Assembly: GCA_951406725.2 (NCBI GenBank)
Contig: OX597814.1
Span: 44,640,001-44,704,000 of the forward strand
Source: Octopus vulgaris
Lineage: Eukaryota
DNA: 64,000 nucleotides
Direction: 5' to 3'
Each line of letters begins with the position of its first letter. Within the stretch, counting starts at the first letter, position 1. The notes under the pieces were generated by a model, which did no database searches, was not told the origin of the DNA, and saw nothing but the letters and a program-made list of their open reading frames with translations. Positions 1-16,769 of the stretch are shown piece by piece. Made by a program: the position numbers and the translations under genes.

Positions 1-2431
<2,431 letters not shown>

Positions 2432-2611
2432 ATTGGTTCATATTTAGGAAGGAAATAAGTGCATTGGAAATTATGTGGGAAAGGAGACATTTGTTTACTC
2501 ATCATGGCGTAACATTAGTTGCAAGGAGTAATTAATGACGCGTGAATTACTTTCCAATAAGTGCACTCGAAAGATGTATCTCGTTTATACTGATAGAAGG
2601 ATAAGTTTTTA

Positions 2612-3951
2612 CAGAGTGGGACAAAATGATCTGACACATTTGTAGGTTTAATAAAAGCAAATTAAAATAAATAATGAAAAAGGTGTTTTTATTTTCCAAA
2701 TGCATATATAATGCCATTTTGTTTTAGATTGCCCATGTGTATTGAACAGGTGAGCATAATGCTTTCATTGTGGAAACATCTATCAAGACCAACGAATCGG
2801 TAACTGCAACCCAAAGAACCTTATGTGTGCACTTTAGGCTTAGTAGACACGATCCCATACCTGTTCAAAACACGACTTTATTATGAGTTACCAACTTCAG
2901 AGCTAGTTGTTCAGCATTGAAATGAGCATCAACCAGCCGGCTGCGGACCGCCAGAATTCCGGGAAATGTGGCGGCGATAAAAGCTACAATTCAAGAGTCT
3001 CTACGATTTCCGGCAAGAAAACACGCCGCTGCTCTTAGGCTTTCCAATCGAATGTTGAGACGAATTCTTCATAATGATCTGCCAATGCATCCATACAAAA
3101 TGCAGCTGGTAGAGGAACCCAGCGAAAGAGACAATGAGAATTGCAGAATATTGTGTGTGGAAAGTCAACAATATATCCCCCGTGCTGCTATTGTGCTTTT
3201 CAGTGACGTGACCCATTTTCACCAATGTGGAAGCATAAATAAGCAAAATTTCCGTTATTGGTCCGAACACAAACCTTGTGAGTTGCTCGAACGCCCCCTA
3301 CATAGAACTCATGTAACCGTATGGTGCACGATAGCAGAATTTGGCATTTTGGTTCCATACTTTTTCGAAGAAGACAATGTTAGTGACAGTTAACTCTGAC
3401 CGATATTCAAGTTCATTCAATCTGACCCATATTCAAGTTCATTCAATCTGGGACCCAGATTGAATGAACTTGAGGATAGAAGCAACGTTTGGTTTCAAAA
3501 AGACGGAGCAACAACCCACACGTCTAGACGTTCGATGGGAATTTTGAGGGAGATGTTCCTCGGTCCATTTGATCTCATTGTGCGGTGATATAGGTTGGCT
3601 CACTCAATCACGTAACTCGAACCCGTGCGATTTTTTTTTCTGTGGGGATATTTGAAAATAAAAAGTATACACTCGTCGCCCTCTATCTATTGAAGAATTA
3701 GAAGATACCATGGTCAAGAAATTGTTGCAATTCCACATGAAATGACCCGTCGAGTTATGGACAACTTTCGTAAACGTCTCCAACAGTGTGTGAACAATAA
3801 TAGAAAACATTTGACTGACGCAATTTTTAAAACAAATTGAAACAAAATGGCATTATATGTACATTTGGAAAATTTCAACATTTTTTTGTTACTTTCTCTA
3901 TTTTGCTTTTATTAAATGTACAAATATGTCAGATCATTTTGCTTCACCCTG
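2612..3951 (+). mobile_element. Tc1/mariner DD41D (rosa/Visitor-type) transposon, full length, decayed
   Basis: ~115 bp imperfect TIRs (CAGAGTGGGACAAAATGATCTGAC ... GTCAGATCATTTTGCTTCACCCTG). Motifs FSDVTHFH, NKQNFRYW, VTVWC, PYFFE, QKDGATTH and CDFFLWG. About 41 residues between second and third Asp after frameshift correction. Confidence 0.88.
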
Positions 3952-4348
3952 TTTATAATAAAATTAAAATAATTTCATATTCAGGATTAAAATAAATTTC
4001 CAGACACTGTAATATATACATCTAGCTCTATAGCTAAGCACCACCTGCTCCTTTGATTGGATGACATACTCTGTATCATGAGAAGAAGGAATTAACGCCA
4101 GTGCCATTTTGGTCTACGGCCGTGTGTGTGTATATGTGTATGCATGCGTTTGTGTGTGTGTGTGTGCTGTTGATATATATATATATATATAATATGATCG
4201 TATGTATGTCTCGTATATTCATTTAATTCATTCAGGAAAACGAAAACATTTGCTCTAGTCATTTATATCAGGTAACATTAAACCACACTTTCGACTCTAT
4301 TATAATATTCAACATCGTCATCATAGTCAACACTATCATCATCATGAC

Positions 4349-4417
<69 letters not shown>

Positions 4418-4466
4418 TATTATAATTATTACTACTACTACTACTATTATTATTAGTAGTATTATT
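4349..4466. repeat. (TTA)n/(CTA)n microsatellite
   Basis: Read directly from sequence. Confidence 0.95.
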
Positions 4467-5046
4467 CATAGATATCCATAATTATTTCGTTCTGCGAAAT
4501 TTAACCTTTCCTGTTTATTTCACAAATATTTGTCACCTTATAGCGGACTAATTATGTCTAATTTGATTCATATGACATTGCAACCTTATAGAATATTTCG
4601 TTAATTATTTGAACGATGATATTTCTTTCGTTTCCAACAAGATTTTGTAGCGCTCTCCTTCATCTCAGCATGGGTCCACAAGATTTATTTTGCAGCTCGC
4701 TATGGTTTCAAAATGAATTTTAAGATTTCCTTTGCTTCAATTCAAGTTGATTTCGTCTAATTTAAATTGTCATCTCATTTTTTGTGAAAGCCTAACCACA
4801 TCTCCTAAAATTCTGCAACGTCCATAGTCCTTCATGGTACTATACTTAGAGGTGCAATTATGCTTGCTAATCTCTGCACTCATCTGATGAAAACACAATC
4901 CTTTGTTTTTCTTATATGCTTTCAAATATATATCCCGTCTCTAGATTAGAAAGATTTGTTGCGTACGTGTGTATACCTGTATATATTGTGGACACACGCC
5001 CATACACACTCGCGGTTACACACACACATTGTATATCTGATCTGCA

Positions 5047-5320
<274 letters not shown>

Positions 5321-5756
5321 ATATTATATAAAATATGTTCTGTCTGTCTGTGTGTGTGTCTTTTAGGATCCCGGGCATCCTCCATCCGATTGCACACAAA
5401 TTTGATATGTGGATACCGATGGTATCAGGGCGTGTATAAGTCTTGAAACAATTACAAAAAAAATCGATTCCAGGTGAGAATGCGATCGATAAAGCCGTCG
5501 GAACGGGCAGCTTGCGCAAAAATGTCGGCCTGTTTGGTGTCTCAAATTTAGGTTAAATCAGTGTTTCTCCAAGGGTAGGTCTATGGGACGGTCGGACAAG
5601 TTGTTTTGAGAAAACTTGTTTTTAATGTTCGACAACTCAGCACCGTCCAATGAACGGGGAGCGATTTGCTCGTATATATATATATATATATATTGATATA
5701 TTTCGGAATGGTCATAAAAAATTTTGCACAACAAATATTTAAACGTACTAATATAT

Positions 5757-5818
<62 letters not shown>

Positions 5819-6069
5819 TAAATCAAGGAGTATATACGTAATAAACAACAATAGAACACAGTACGATAAACAAGATATTAGTTTAACGTTTATGTGAAAA
5901 GAAGTGTCTTTTATACTTATACGTAAATACACCGACAGAGAAGCAAATGCACATGCTAACACCCACTTAATTATTTCAGTGTTTATGTGCGCTTATTCAT
6001 TTCAGCTATACGGCTGCAGTCATACTGTAGAACCATCCTGAATTTGTACTTTTTATCCCCGGTCATTGA

Positions 6070-6585
6070 CTCAGTTGACATATGAGGGAGTTTCACACAA
6101 CTGCCCTCATCTGTACTTCATGCCAGAATATTGGTTCGTCTGATATTGTGGAAAGGAGAATGTCCAGTTGCATTTGTAAGGTTTCCATTTCAACATTGTG
6201 TAGAATTTTAATTTTCTAATTTTATTTTGGCAGAGCATTGAAGTGTTCTGAGCATTTGAAACCCTAAGTTATTGTAGTATTTACTCCTGACTTTATATGA
6301 GATGAATGATACCTTCTTTATAATGCAATGGCGTCCAGTTTGGGCATGTGTTTGACACTTGATGCTGAAATTAGGTGGTAATCTTTCCAGAATTTCCCAT
6401 GTGTAGATTATTACATATCTTTTGGACATTCGCTCCATGGTGTACAGTCATAGGTTTTTCAGCGTCTCCCAGTAGCTTCAATTTTTAGTGTTGTAACTTT
6501 GGATTGATTCAAGCTTCGTTGTTATTTTTTGTACAGCTGAGACCAGTAGCCCAGGCAGATATGTAAAAAGGATTTCCCCAGGTTC
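6070..6585 (-). mobile_element. CR1/L2-group LINE 3' fragment
   Basis: Minus-strand translation includes YWETLK..MERMSKRYVIIYTWEILE, typical of the RT C-terminus of these LINEs. Confidence 0.65.
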
Positions 6586-6639
6586 CATATGACTTCTTGG
6601 TCTCTTGTCCTGAAGGAGTTTATTATCTAACTTACCAGT

Positions 6640-7183
6640 TGTCTACACTTTGTTGCTATCTCGGTGATGTGCATATGAAGTGCGGATCTTTAAGGCAGGC
6701 ATTAATTTCATCAGCGGATACTCCTTTGGGTATAATAGGAAGAGTTTGTCGAAAATTCAGAGTTCAGGGGTTGCACTGTGTAGACGCGTCCGATTGTATC
6801 GCCTTTGTACACGCCTAGATCTAGCTGTGTAGGCCGGTCTTGTTTTCGTCGTTGAATTCTACGTTGATAAGTGCATGAAATGTTTTGCAGAGCACCTTGT
6901 TGTGGGGTACGACCCGCCGATTTTAAACCGAGTATTACTGCTTCTTTAAGGGAAGCAATCAGTTTCTGACCGTTACTTCGCAAAGTACAGACTTTCTGGC
7001 CATAGAAGGTCTGTCCTTCTAACTCGATATTTTTCCATAAGTGAAAAATCTAAATAGTGTACAGCAATCTGTGAAACATAAGTGATGCATTTGTAAAGCG
7101 TGAACGAAATCGAATAGAAAATAATCATTTTATGTGGGCTCAAGTAATGGTTGATCACATATATGCACCCACATCTTCCGTCC

Positions 7184-7190
<7 letters not shown>
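6640..7190 (-). mobile_element. Internally deleted Helitron relic
   Basis: GDTIGRVYTVQP (Rep N-terminal region) fused to FRQTLPIIPKGVSADEINACLK (Pif1 helicase motif III region). Putative 5' end near 7190 is duplicated at ~7905-7975. Confidence 0.7.
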
Positions 7191-7224
<34 letters not shown>

Positions 7225-7282
7225 TTTATTTTTTTATTTTATCTAGTTTCAGCTCACGAGCTGTGGCCATGCTGGGGCACCG

Positions 7283-7354
<72 letters not shown>

Positions 7355-7490
7355 TTAGAGATAAAACCACTATTAGGCAAATCAAAAAGTGAAAAACATA
7401 AACCAAAACATAGAAATAAAATTAATTAATATAAAATATATAAAATGTAAAATCCAAAATTTGAATTATTTAAATTTAAAGTTTATTAAA

Positions 7491-7551
<61 letters not shown>

Positions 7552-7734
7552 ATTATTTTATTTTTATTTTTATTATTAGTATTATTATTTTAATTTTAAT
7601 TTTTAATTTTTTTTTAATAAAGATATATATAACTATCAAAAAGTGTTTATCTATATATTTAACTTTTTAATACTTTTGATTGATATATATATTTATAAAA
7701 AAAATTAAAAAATTAAAATTAAATTAAAATTAAG

Positions 7735-7862
<128 letters not shown>

Positions 7863-7971
7863 TAGAAATAAAAATAAAAATAATAAAATATATATATATA
7901 TATATAGAAAATAATCATCTTACGTGGGCTCAAGTAATGGTCGATCACATATATGCACACACATCTTCCGT

Positions 7972-8006
<35 letters not shown>

Positions 8007-8007
8007 C

Positions 8008-8569
8008 AATTTTGGAATGGCCTTAACAGGCCATTCGTCCACTAGACAGAGCAGCCATAACTCCAACCGCCAAGTAATGTAATTCGGAAATAGGTGAAAA
8101 ATTAAAAACGTTTACCCTAATTCATCTTTTAGACGATGCATCGTTTCTGCGTTTTTAATGATAGACCAGCTCAATTAAATTAAATTAAGCTAATCTACCA
8201 TAGGTCACGCTTCGTCAGTAAAGAAACCTTTGGTAGAGGCAAATATACACGAGGCTACTGCATCGAAGCCTCTGGAATATCTGTCTTAAAATTTTCGAAG
8301 ACCAGGGCAATCGCGCCAACCTTATCAGCAGCAAATATAAACTGCCGATTCAATCTCAGAATTAGTCAGAAAATAATCACTTAATCAATTTAGGGTAGTA
8401 AAAAATTCGATAGAAATTTATCACTACCAGCGGCCCAGTGGAAAAGAAAAATAGTCATGAGACTAAAATGTAAATATATAACAATTTAGGAATGGCCTTA
8501 ACAGGCCATTCGTCCACTAGACAGAGCAGCCATAACTCCAACCGCCAAGTAATGTAATTCGGAAATAGG

Positions 8570-8573
<4 letters not shown>
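8008..8573 (-). mobile_element. Retrozyme-like unit (475 nt period, ~90 bp terminal direct repeat) inside (TA)n
   Basis: GGAATGGCCTTAACAGGCC...GGTGAA at both 8014 and 8489; contains an HHR; (TA)n on both sides. Confidence 0.8.
8126..8224 (-). ncRNA. Type I hammerhead ribozyme with long stem II
   Basis: Minus strand: uuua-CUGACGA-[agcgu...long hairpin...acgca]-GAAA-CGAUGCAUCG-UC-uaaa. Confidence 0.8.
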
Positions 8574-8608
<35 letters not shown>

Positions 8609-8760
8609 TTTGGTTTATGTTTTTCACTCTTTGACTTGCTTAATAGTGGTTTTATCTCTAATTTAATATATATATTTATACTGTAAAATTAGATTTGATC
8701 CTAAATCTAATTTTTTCCTGTAAGTTTGGATTTATTCCCTAATATTAATATTATTATTAT

Positions 8761-8808
<48 letters not shown>

Positions 8809-9194
8809 CAGGCACATAATAGACAGACAGACATATAGATTAATGAATAGATAGATAGATAGTTGCATATGTTTTTGCATCGATGTGTTATCCCACAAAC
8901 GCATGACAACCGGTGCTAATGTGTTTATGTCCCCGTAACTTAGCAGTTTAGTAAAAAAAAATGGCGCTTTCAAAATAAGTACTGTGGGTCATAATCCAGC
9001 TATATCTATTACCTTATTCTACAGGTTTTTAGATGAGGTATATTAAATTCGCCTCGTTTGCCTCATTTCTGTCACTCTGTTACAAACTTTGAATAAGATT
9101 AATGGTTAAGTTTGGGGTTTTTACTTCCACTCTCTAGCAAGCTGGTGCTTCGTGTACCCTCTGATATAATTAAGAATATATATACATAGAGAGG

Positions 9195-9238
<44 letters not shown>

Positions 9239-9339
9239 CATACACACACACACACATACATATACATATATATATATATATATTTACATATATTAATACC
9301 CGGAAATGATTTTTATATATTGAAATAAAAGGCAGATGA

Positions 9340-11330
9340 GTGGCAGGAATATCTGAACACCGGACTAATATTTTTTAATGAATATTCTGCATTTGATACA
9401 AACCTTCATAGAACTGCAGCTGTCGTCAGAATATTTGGCTAGACTTAAGGATCATAACTTAAAGAAGTTAGATTCCGTAAATTTTATAACAACAACATCT
9501 AGTAAGTTACTGAGCAATTTCATTCACTCTAGCATTTTCTATGAAGTTGAATTGTGACAAACAAAATCGCCATCATCAGGAAAATATTCCGAAAAATGTA
9601 ATTATAATGATCATAGTTTCATGCGGATTTAAACTGGAGTATTGTGTGCATTGATGCTAATGTCTACCATTCTTTTTGTTCTCATAAATACTTGTGCCTA
9701 CCTCAGCATTGGTCCTCTACAATGACATTTAAAATCAGACATGACGTTTTCACCAGAATTTATTTGCCATTGTTGTTATTCACTGCTGCAGTCTTTCTTG
9801 CCTTCATTATTTATTGAGAGTATGTTATAGAATGACGTTTTAATTTCGTCCTTTATTAACGTTTTTCTTTTGTTTTGTCTTTGTCTAAATATTTTATGTC
9901 GGTATCGTTAGCTTCTATTTCGTACTTCATCGTTTTCTTGTATATAGAACTATATAAAGAAAAATAGTGTCTCACTGATGTTGTTTTTTGTTTTTTTCTA
10001 TTTGCTTTTGGTAATTTTAGCATTTCTTTACATGTAACAAACATCTCCAGCATTTATGCTGGTTAGGAATACCCTTTAAGTAATTTTTTCAGGAAAGCTT
10101 TAGAACTATGTAAGTCGAATCGTGTTTTTCTCTCAGCTCTTCACTTAACTTCCAACTCTTAATATTTAAACTATTTTATCAATGGAACAATTGGGCTCCA
10201 TTGTTATCACTATCCTCTACTCTAAACTATCTGTAATATTGGTTCGTTGTCTGCAAATTAATGTGTCCATTTACATATTTTCATAGTTACATTGGCAAAT
10301 TTTTTCTAATAATATAATCATTCTTATATTTTCCTTCTGAATTCTTGAACGATATTAATTTATTTCTCCAGCGGTGTGTTGTCACTTGTAATTAATTTAG
10401 AGATGATTGTCTTAAGATCTCCTCAGTACTTACGGTAACTGATGGTTCCATCCATCACACTTGATAATGGAGTCTGAGCTAGGTAGAAGAGTAATTGAGG
10501 CTACAGAGTCTTTTCCATGACTCTTATCTTATTTGTATGCTAGATATTGAAAATGGTTCTCGGCAATTTTACGATGCGCTTGATATTGTTCACAAGTTTT
10601 GCATTATAACCAAATTCACGAGACAAGATCAAATCTTTTTCGTAAATATATTAATGTGCTATCAGTTTTACCGAATATGTTAAATAGTATTTAGTTCCTG
10701 TTTCAATTAGATCGATTCCAAAAGCTCGAATTAAAAAATGAGTAGTTTTTAATTCTATGAACATTTATCTGCATGAAATATTGAAATTTCATAAAGAACA
10801 ATTTCCATATTTCATTTGTCGCAGCTGAATCACATTTAAACAATCAATGCTTTGCATTTAGTGATGCTTCTCTCTTAGTCACCGGGTTACACTATCTCTT
10901 TTGCTTTTACTAACATCGTACACGTAAATTTCAAATGTCAACCTCTGTGCAAGGAAGAAGGGTTAAACGGAAAATTATCAAGTTTCCTCGCTACCAAACA
11001 AGAGTTCCTGGATACAGAAACCTTTTCGCAGAACTTTTTTATATTGGTAATGAATGACATACACCCCACAATCTAAAAGGGTCGTTTGAAATTCTAACAA
11101 ATGTCTTCCTGGCAAATCAGGCATTGGTTCTAATTCAACACCACATTCTTTTGCATTGAAAAGATAAGAATGGTGTAAGAGCTATTTAAAGAATGAATTT
11201 CTGTGAAATAGACATTGAAATTGTACAGAGAATATTTTGAAGACTTTGTTTCTTCAAATATACAGGTTATCTTTCTACATTCTGCATAGGTGCCGGACAC
11301 ATCTTCAACAATAAACTACTGGGATATTAA
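9340..11330 (-). mobile_element. Highly decayed BEL/Pao LTR-retrotransposon relic
   Basis: Frameshifted fragments resemble Pao integrase (PMPDLP..RPF.IVG at ~11070-11130; LTFE..TMLVKAKEIV at ~10880-10945) and a gag zinc knuckle (~9720). Possible protease relic at ~12650-12760. Confidence 0.4.
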
Positions 11331-12145
11331 CACGATAGAAACGGTCAGAGTCGAGGTATATTTGTACAAATTCAACTTCTTTCTGTACACAATACCATCA
11401 GTAACACGCATGCGCATGTGAAGTATTTGAATTGCTCTTGACACTAATGTAAACTATAGAAGTGGAAATGTATACTGCAGTGACAAGAAATGAATTTTCA
11501 AATCGGAAATTGAAAACGAAAATTCAATTTGAAACACACAGTGAGTGAAATGAAATTAAATATATATTGAACAGAAAAAATAGAAAATCGAATTTTTCAG
11601 AAATATAGTCACTGATTTAATGTATCTTTAACTACTGGTGTCTCATGGCTCATACAACAGGATAAAAGTGCTGTTTTTTATAAAGACCGGCAACCTCGAA
11701 CATTGGTGCATATTTATAAAAAACGCTAATATTATAGGCAGACTATTAGACCGCTTCACTATAAATATGGTGCGTTTATGCATCTTGTAATGGTATTCTT
11801 TAGATTTAGTAAAAAGACACCTAATCTTTATAGGTCGAGAATGGGGTAAAAATTATTTTCTTTTGTTCTGTTATTACATGGTTGTATTTTTTTATTTTCA
11901 ATGGCTCTGATGATATAACATGTTATTATTGGAGCTGATCTAAGGATTGGTCTAAGTATGCAGCACAATCTAAATGCCTTTTGGTATTCAATCTATATCA
12001 CGATAAGATCGGTCTTCTTCGTTTTCCCATGTTTCATAAAAGCTCAGTTCAGCAGCAGGCGCTTATTACTGCCGTTCATTCCTTTTCTTCACCCGTTTTG
12101 CTTTTCTGGTAAAATATTATGTCTCCGGTTAAGAATGAAAATATG

Positions 12146-12343
12146 TATTTCTTTACTACCCACAAGGGGCTAAACACAGAGGGGACAAACAAGGACAGAC
12201 AAAGGGATTAAGTCGATTACATCGACCCCGAAAGGATGAAAGGCAAAGTCGACTTCGGCGGAATGTGAACTCGGAACGTAACGACAGACGAAATACGGCT
12301 ACGAATTTCGCGGGCGTGCTAACGTTTCTGCCAGCTCGCCGCC
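12146..12343 (-). mobile_element. tRNA-derived SINE family B with 23-bp target-site duplication
   Basis: Head GGCGGCGAGCTGGCAGAA, core GCCTTTCATCCTTTCGGGGTCGAT; flanked on both sides by tccggttaag(a/t)atgaaaatatgt. Confidence 0.88.
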
Positions 12344-12965
12344 ATCCGGTTAAGTATGAAAATATGTTGTAGATATGGATGGAAGAAATCTCTATGATAA
12401 ATTACAAATACGTAATACAGCTGAAATTTCTGGTGCCTCCTATTTTTTTTCTTTCTTTTTGTCTTTCAACTTTATTTTCTGGCGAATTAATATTTTTCTC
12501 CTTCGGCAGCCATTCGGGTGTATATTCTTGTCCACTTACAAATTTATTATGTGCTGCTAAATATAGGCACAAGGTTAGTACTTCAGTTAGTGTCCTATGC
12601 TTTGAAATTCTAGGAACTTTTGGTTCTGTAGATTTGTAGAGATCACTGATTTTTAGTAACGTACTTAACATTTATTTCTTTGCTGCATTGAATCCGAGGT
12701 TTTTTCGCTTAGTTTTTGATAAATGCGTTGGGGATTAAAGGCGCTGTTTTCCTATTTAAAGATCTGCTATGCTTATCATAACAACTGAGTCTATTCAGTT
12801 TAACTGTATTATTGAATTTTGAGCATTCTTTAATTTCTTCAGGATCCTTTTTTGTTGTTATATTTCTGTAGCACTTCCTATTCTTTCTTAATTTGAATGG
12901 TACCTTTTCGTCGTTGATATTATCAAGAACTGAGAAATGTATTTTATTACTTTACGTAAGTTTTA

Positions 12966-13175
12966 AGGCGGTCAGTTGGTAGAGCCTTTAGCACGCCGGA
13001 TGTAATAATAGCACATTTCGTCCTTCTCTATGTTCTGATTTCAAATTCCGTAGTCCACTTTAGCGTTCATTCTTTCAGGGACAATAACATAAGTACCAGT
13101 CATGTAGAGAGGTTGATGTAATCAACTCACCCCAGCCCTCAAAAGCTGTTGATCCAGTGCCAGAATTTGAAACCA
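12966..13175 (+). mobile_element. SINE family B, diverged copy
   Basis: Similar to the 12146 and 53871 copies (ttagcacgccgg, tcaaattccg, aagtaccagt). Confidence 0.7.
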
Positions 13176-14238
13176 TAATTTTCCATATCTTCCTCCACTT
13201 TCACATCAACAACTGATATAGAATTGACAGTGTCCTTCATAGGATTTGGACCGTAACTCACTAGGCTTCAGTTTCCACAGTGACTAACACGATCAGCCCT
13301 AATATGGTTTGTATTTGTTGTTGTTGTTTATCATTCTTTGTGGTGCCATTATTATTGGCAGTAGTTTTTCTGAGACAATTACATCTTGTTCTTTCCAGTT
13401 ACATTATGCCACAGTCCTAGATATAACCTAACGACGTACAGCCCAAAACCTACGAGACACATTTTTAGTTTTGTCATAACTGAATCAGTACGTTCACTGA
13501 GCATAATCAACAGCCATCACAATATTTACCTAATAAAATAACAGAATTCGCACAACAGAACCTACGGAAACGTTACGCAGCCACCATTTGAGAAAACAAA
13601 ACAAGACATTCATTCACAATCTATACTCGACACTGCATAACCAACATCTTACACAATTCACATTCTACGTAATTTTTATCCACTGACGCAACATTATCTG
13701 CCCTGTACATATTCTACGCAATCTCCACTAGACAGTACATATAAAATAATACCTTTCCTCAACAAAATAGCACAACTCAAGTCGCACATACTGAATTTAG
13801 CGTAAGGAGAACTAAGATAACACATGAAACAACAGACTAGTTTTGGAACTAAGAAAAAGTGAGTATACAAGCAGAAGTCTACATCCACAAAAGACAATAA
13901 GAACAGGGAGACGCATTAGAAATTTGTATTAAACAGTTGAAACTGTTAATAAGAAGAAATTTGTTTGCGAATACCGAATTATAATGACAAAAAAAAAGTC
14001 ATGAATTTTTGAGAGGAACATTTAAACAAGAGGGAAAATTAAGGGATCTCTTTTATAAATGTATATTGTTTATAAAGACGATGTGGTACCAATGAAATAT
14101 GCGCTGCTTATTCATTCAGTTATGTGTATATATCAATATGCTTATGCATGAATATATATGTAGATTCCATTCATACATGTGCATCAATATGCATACATCT
14201 ACATTATTTCTAAGTATACTTGACGAAACCTGTGCATA

Positions 14239-14312
<74 letters not shown>

Positions 14313-14361
14313 CCTCTCGTCGTATATATGTATATATATATGTATATATATATGTGTGTGT

Positions 14362-14583
14362 GTGTGTTTGTATTTGTGTGTCTGTGTTTGTCCCCCTAGC
14401 ATTGCTTGACAACCGATGCTTGTGTGTTTACGTCCCCGTCTCTTAGCGGTTCGGTAAAAGAGCCCGATAGAATAAGTACTGGGCTTACAAAGAATAAGTC
14501 CCGGGATCGATTTGCTCGACTAAAGGCGGTGCTCCAGCATGGCCGCAGTCAAATGACTGAAGCAAGTAAAAGAGTAAAAGAGT

Positions 14584-14584
<1 letters not shown>
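14362..14584 (+). mobile_element. SINE family A, 3' half with (TAAAAGAG)n tail
   Basis: Matches copies at 18960, 44521 and 48324. Confidence 0.85.
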
Positions 14585-14640
<56 letters not shown>

Positions 14641-14679
14641 GTTTGACAAGATGAACTAAGTGCAGTAATTTTACTGTCG

Positions 14680-15320
14680 TTTATTTTAAGTGGAAGTTTG
14701 GAAGAGAGCAGTTCAGTTTTAACAGTTATTTTTTCAAAGCTATAATGGAAGAGACAAAAGAGCAAATTCGGCATATTTTGCTTTATGAGTTCAATAAAGG
14801 AAACAATACAATGGAAAGTGCAAAGAATATTTATGCAGTGTATGGGGATCAGATAATAAGCGTAAACCAATGTGAATGGTGGTTCCAGAAATTCCGAGCT
14901 GGAAACTACAGCCTAGAAGACGCGCTCATCCTGGAAGATCTGTTAGGATCAAAGAGGACGCCATTCAAAAAAATGGGAACAAAATCTCATTTTAACTGTT
15001 GAGAAACTATCAGAGAAGCTTGGATTTGGTCATTCCACCATTCATCGACACTTGCACTAAAAGAAAAACGGCCATCATTGGTTTCAAGATGAAAGCACTC
15101 TTCCATCAGGATAATGCACCACCTGCAGCGAGGATGACATTCCAAAGGCTGAAACAGTTTGAATGGGGAGCGATGACACACCCACCATATTAGCCGGATA
15201 TTACTCCCATCGGATTATCGTTTACTCCACAGTCTTCAAAATCATTTCAACGGAAAAAATATGAATTCCGTTGATAGGTCAGAACAGTAGAACAATACTG
15301 ACTAGTACTCTTCATCACGG
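14680..15320 (+). mobile_element. DD34D mariner, internally deleted copy of the 36965-38218 family
   Basis: MEETKEQIRHILLYEF..WFQKFRAG, HQDNAPP and HPPY motifs; the middle ~340 bp is missing at ~15055. Confidence 0.85.
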
Positions 15321-15388
15321 ACATACATACATACATACATACATACATACATACATACATACATACATACATACATACATACATACAT

Positions 15389-15428
<40 letters not shown>

Positions 15429-15440
15429 ATATATATATAT

Positions 15441-15605
15441 ATAGGGGTTGGACAAAATAATGGAAACACCTTAAAGTTTCAAACAAATTTATCTTTAATA
15501 CAGAGCAGGACAGCCTTTGGCAATAGTTACAGCTTTTATTCTACGAGGCATGGACTCGTAGAACGTTTGAATTGTTTCCAAAGGAATAGTTGTCCATTCT
15601 TCAAC
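15441..15605 (-). mobile_element. Tc1 transposon 3' end and TIR
   Basis: TIR-like AGGGGTTGGACAAAATAATGGAAACAC; minus-strand translation [25 protein letters not shown]. Confidence 0.75.
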
Positions 15606-15609
15606 ATCG

Positions 15610-16750
15610 TCCCTGAATTGTTAGAGGGAAAACATTCTGAAGCTGGGTTGATTGTTAGTGGCGCATATGTCGATGTGATCACTTAATGCTATTTTTCTGT
15701 GTTCCTGAATTTTTCATCTGGGAGCTATATAGAGCCAACCTTTGACGTAGTCTGTTTTTGGTTCGGCTTATGTATTGCTCTCTACTCCCAGAGCAAGTTA
15801 ATACATATATTAGGTTCTCCGAATCACATGTGGACTTGTTTTTCACTGTAAAACGTTGACCCTGTTTGAAAGAAAACGCCGATCCCTCGATTAGATCGAC
15901 GAATATACCCCAGTTAGGCCTTCCGCATTCTTTTACTGACGGCGTCAGTGTTGTTGTCGAGTGTACTTGGACTTGTGTTGGGAGACCTTTCATAAATTTG
16001 GGTTCTCTTCTGCTTTTTATGATGGTGTGCGTTTGGAGGATTAAATTCATTCTTTGTTCCATTTTCAGTAGGAATGTTTAGGAGGATGGTGTTGAAAGCT
16101 TCATTTCTAAGAGGGTTTTTTGTGGAGATGTATGGTACGACTTTTGGTTGCAAATCCCTCTTTAATTTGGGATGACTGAGTTCGTGGGTGTTGAGTTGTA
16201 GGCCACGTTGAAAGCATATCACAATTAGGGATGGTGGGTAGTTCCTGGTGAAGAATGTATACTTTAGTTCATGTAATCATGTGTCCCTGGTTCTTGTATT
16301 AGAAACTATTGTATATATCTGTTTCTATTTCGTTGTTAGATTTCTTAAGTGCGATGTCGAGGAATCGAAGTTATTGATGGCTGTATTCCATCATGAATTG
16401 AATGTTTACGTCACGTCCATTCGTAAGAGCTTGAAATCTTTAGGTCTCTCTATACTTTCATGCCAAAAGAATGAAACAATCATCCAGACATCTCTCCGAG
16501 TTATTTTCTATGTAGAGTGAGTGTGGGTGCCGTATTTTTCTAGTACCTTACGATAAAGACTGATTACTAGATATCCCATGATTAGGTTAGCAAAGGAGGG
16601 GCCCATTCTAGTATCCATCGGATTTCCCGATTTTTGTCGGTAGAAGTTGATTTGAAGAGAAAGTAGTTATTCTCCAAGAGGATTTTAGCCCTTCTATTAC
16701 GAATTCATTTTTGATGCGATGTGGGTGGTGATTCGAGTAATTTTCGAGCT
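15610..16750 (-). mobile_element. Penelope-like element (Neptune-type RT and GIY-YIG), decayed
   Basis: MDTRMGPSFANLIMGYL, RCLDDCFI, and STCDSENLIYVLTCSGSREQYISRTKNRLRQR. Confidence 0.85.
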
Positions 16751-16769
16751 AGAATTGAATTTTTCCCCT

